64,000 nt of DNA from Plasmodiophora brassicae (Eukaryota), in NCBI GenBank assembly GCA_036867785.1, contig CP145418.1, positions 434,001 to 498,000 of the forward strand, given 5' to 3'. A program made the translations under genes and the position numbers. Shown here piece by piece: positions 60,720-64,000 of the stretch (within the stretch, counting starts at the first letter, position 1; every line of letters starts with the position of its first letter). Below the pieces are notes generated by a model. The model did no database searches. It worked only from the letters and a program-made list of their open reading frames with translations, and was not told where the DNA came from.

Positions 60720-61075
60720 ATATAACAATAACAATCGCTTGGATCACGCCCACAGCGCGCGATCCCCGTAAACGAAACGTCGTGATTAGACTAATGCCTC
60801 CCAACTATCTCGTTATCCAACGAGCCAACTTGTGCGTCCAGTTGTGTCACGTCCCCACCTGCCCATGACGCCCACAGGGTGAATCATGCCACCTGGGGAC
60901 TGGATGGGATCTGTGAAGATCAATAAATCGCCAGCAGCCATTGTAGCAGTCATCGGGCCTGGCAGGTATAAAACTGCAAGAGGTAGAAGTTCACACAACA
61001 GTCTGGGCTATCGTCTGGCATCATATTTATGACAAGTTCGGTCCGTGCCGCTGCCGTGTGGTGCGTGAACGACTG

Positions 61076-62119
61076 ATGGAGGCGCTGGAGCGCGCCTGCA
61101 TCATGGCGTCGACGGGCGACGTGCGCGGACAGGGCCTCGCGCACGTCGTCATGGACAGCCTGAAGCAGCCCGGATTGTACACGTTCGACAGGTTGCTGCG
61201 CGTGCGCCAGATCGACGAGGTGTGCCGGGCGTCGTGTCGTCACATCACGCGCCGTTTCGGCACCTGATCTCGGGGATCGCAGATGAAACACTCGGCCGAA
61301 TATCTGCCTGTCCATAACGCTTTGAGACTATTCGCGTACGGGACATACAGTGACTACAGAGGTCAGCCTATGCTGAACTTGGCGTTCCGGTGTGATCATG
61401 ACGTCGCCTCTCAGATAACCGAAGCACCCCTCTCCCTGACCTATCGCCTGCACACATTTTGAAGCTGAAGGCAGTACGTCGGCTCAGATTCCACCATCCT
61501 CACCCTCATAAGGAGCGACGTGTTGCAGTTGACAGTTTTATCGTACGCCAGTCGATGCAAACGTATACGTTACGGCGACCTGATGCAAGAACTCGACATT
61601 GACAATGTTCGCGATCTCGAGGATCTGGTGATTTCCTGCATCTACGATGGGTCGCTTCATGCCAAGCTGGACCAGACGGAGAGCTGCGTCGATATCCTCA
61701 AGGTCGAGTCCCGCGATGTTGCAGCAGGCGAGCTTCCCGAAATGGTTGCTCAGCTGAAAACATGGTCGGACGCACTCGCGTGTGCCTCTTGCGGGAGCGC
61801 ATTGACGATTCGTTTGGGTAGGACAAAGTCCAGTAAGGACCTGGCTAACAGTATCGGCAATATGGCGGATGCTATCGAACGTCACGAAGCACAGAGGAGG
61901 GAACACGCCGAACGTGTGCAGAAGCATCTGAAGCTCGCCGAAGAGGACTATATCGAGTCAGTGTCAAAAGTGGGTGCTTACGCGCGCAGCGTGGTATTCG
62001 ACGATGCCTAACAAACGTAAACGTAGAAACAAGGGCCTCATGAGTCGGCGATGATGGTGGACGACGACTCCGATCCTGGTTTCCGATATGCAATGCAAGA
62101 GAGCTTGAGAATGCGGTAG
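61076..62119 (+). CDS. CSN7: COP9 signalosome subunit 7 (PCI domain)
   Basis: PGLYTF..LL, L.LFAYGTY.DY, LKLK.LTVLS.A, Y..L..ELDI.NVRDLEDLVI..IY...L..KLDQ; multi-exon. Confidence 0.85.
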
Positions 62120-62141
62120 GACGGATTCAGTAAATCTTCCG

Positions 62142-63678
62142 ATGACGACACACATCGGGTTTCTGTCCTACTCACACGTCAACCAGCCAGTTGACTCACG
62201 GGGGCAGGTCAATCAATCTTTCCTAGTTCTTGTTGACGGGCACTCATTCTGCCGGTGTCTCTTTACAATGGCTCTCGGTTTCAACCCGCACGAACTAACT
62301 GACATGATCAAGAACATGGCCTTACCTGCCGCCAAGGCGCAGGCGGCGAACCAGACTCGACAAGCCCAGGAAGAGAAACGGGCTAAGAAGCTCGCCAAAG
62401 AGCAGGAGAAGATCAAGTCGAGTCGAGGCGGAGACGTTCGCCCGTCAAACGGCCTCTCATCGAGCGACCTGCCCCCGGCACCACCCGAGTTTCTGCCAAC
62501 CAGCAACGGGACCGTCGAACCCGGTTACAGGCTGATCTGGGAGGACCAGTTCAACGGCGACACGTTGGACAGCACGAAATGGCAGATCGAATCCGACTGC
62601 AGGCGCCAGGAGTTGCAATGCTACACAGCCAAGCCATGGAACGTCTACGTCGACAAAGGCCGGTTGTTTCTGCACGCCAAAGCTCATCCGGATGGGTTCC
62701 GCCCCGACCCTACCGACCCGTGCACGCGATCGGAAGACTGTCTGGCCATTGTTCTCCTCGCAGACCATGCAAGATGCTGACAATGGGTCCTTTTCAGGCA
62801 TTGCCAAGAAGCAGTACACGTCGGGGCGTATTAGGACAAAGGGGCGGGCGTCGTGGAGATACGGACGGATTGAGATTCGTGCACGAATGCCGAAGGGCGA
62901 GTACCTGTGGCCGACGTTGTGGATGCTGCCCGCCCAGGACGTGCATGGCGACTGGGCAGCGAGCGGTGAGATTGACCTCATCGAGACGACGGGTAACGAT
63001 CCGACCGCGTTCTCGTCGACGATCCACTATGGCGGGGTCCCACCTGACAACAAGTTCGAGAGTTCGGGCGTCCAGTCGCTCGTTAACGACGACAACGAAC
63101 CGGTGGACCTGTCGGCCAAGTTCCATTTGTACCGGTTGGACTGGACGCCGAACCGACTGCAAACGTTCTTTGATGGGCACAAGGTCCTGGATATCGACCT
63201 TGACAGGCGGTTCGGGGACATCTACAAGAAGAACGGGGCGCCGTTCGACGAGGAATTCTACCTGATCATGAACCTGGCGGTCGGTGGCGAGTTCTTCGGG
63301 CCCGACGCAGACAAACTGACGACGAAGACGGCCCTCGCCTGGCAGCGCCCGTTCCTCGAAGTCGATTACGGTATGACTGTGGACCCGTAACGGAACGATT
63401 TCTGCTGATCCCCATACATGCCAACAGTGAGAGTGTTCGAGAAGCTGGCGAACGCGACGTCAATTGCGGACGAATCCGTACAATCATCGGGGTCGAAGAC
63501 ATCAACGCCGTCATCAGTATCGGGGGGATCCAACACGTCGTCAGCAGGGTCCAGGACGTCATCGTCATCAGGGTCTAAAACATCAAGGTCGGGATCGAGA
63601 TCAGGGTCATCATCGGGTTCGTCTCCGAAGCGGTCCTCGAGCATCCAGATGCCTACCGGGAGCAGCGCATCGTCCTGA
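62142..63678 (+). CDS. GH16 beta-1,3-glucanase (laminarinase-like) with Ser-rich tail (start uncertain)
   Basis: LIWEDQFNG..LD..KW, YTSGRIRT, YGRIEIRARMP.G..LWP..WMLP, intact catalytic GEIDLIE, PFD..FYLIMNLAVGG, VDY|VRV; introns ~62740-62797 and ~63371-63427. Confidence 0.9.
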
Positions 63679-64000
63679 GACCAACACGAGGCTTCTATGA
63701 GAGAAACGAACATCCTAAACAACGTAGATTGTGTATCATGCGCAGTGCAAGTCGCGCGTTTAGCTCATCGACACATTCGATTGTTCGGACGTCGGCGCAT
63801 CGTAGCGGACTGGTGCAACTGGCTCCAATCGCGTTGGATCAATGATGTCGTCTCGACTCTCGATGAGAAGAATCTCCTTACGCCCGGCTGCGCGAGTCCT
63901 TTCCAGGACCTGCCGAACCGTTGCCAACCTGTGCATATCAGATATTCAATCGTCGGTCAGCAGTAAACAACCAAAGTGCCAAATACGAACGTCAGTGATA

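Noticed and set aside
61471-61528. Apparent GC-AG intron in CSN7 (AAG|GCAGT)
   Set aside because: A canonical GT donor 3 nt downstream (61474) keeps the frame (KLKALTVLS).
1-64000. CRISPR array, rRNA or prokaryotic operon
   Set aside because: No regularly spaced repeats with unique spacers and no rRNA signatures; the genes are intron-containing and eukaryotic.

Overview
Gene-dense eukaryotic nuclear DNA: GC about 60% by eye, many short (~50-70 nt) GT-AG introns, and intergenic gaps often under 300 bp. Flagellar genes (outer-arm dynein IC1, FAM161), SCAR/WAVE, a secreted CE4 deacetylase and small secreted proteins suggest a zoosporic/amoeboid protist parasite such as a plasmodiophorid (Plasmodiophora-like); this taxon call is inference. 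The window holds about 37 protein genes, one tRNA-Val(TAC) and a degenerate Ty3/gypsy RT remnant at the left end. No rRNA or CRISPR was seen. Most notable: (1) a mitochondrial-type cytochrome c with a ~105-aa N-terminal presequence + transmembrane + charged linker, i.e. a predicted membrane-tethered cytochrome c; (2) three secreted His/Asp-rich proteins, one a 5-exon gene largely missed by the ORF track; (3) a convergent pair of paralogous secreted proteins with a ~48-aa uncharged P-x6-P-x6-P hairpin and GPI-like tails; (4) a plant-like PLS-type PPR protein head-to-head with MTG1; (5) an LC8-like/telobox-Myb fusion. Exon boundaries were read by hand and domain calls come from motif recognition, not database searches.
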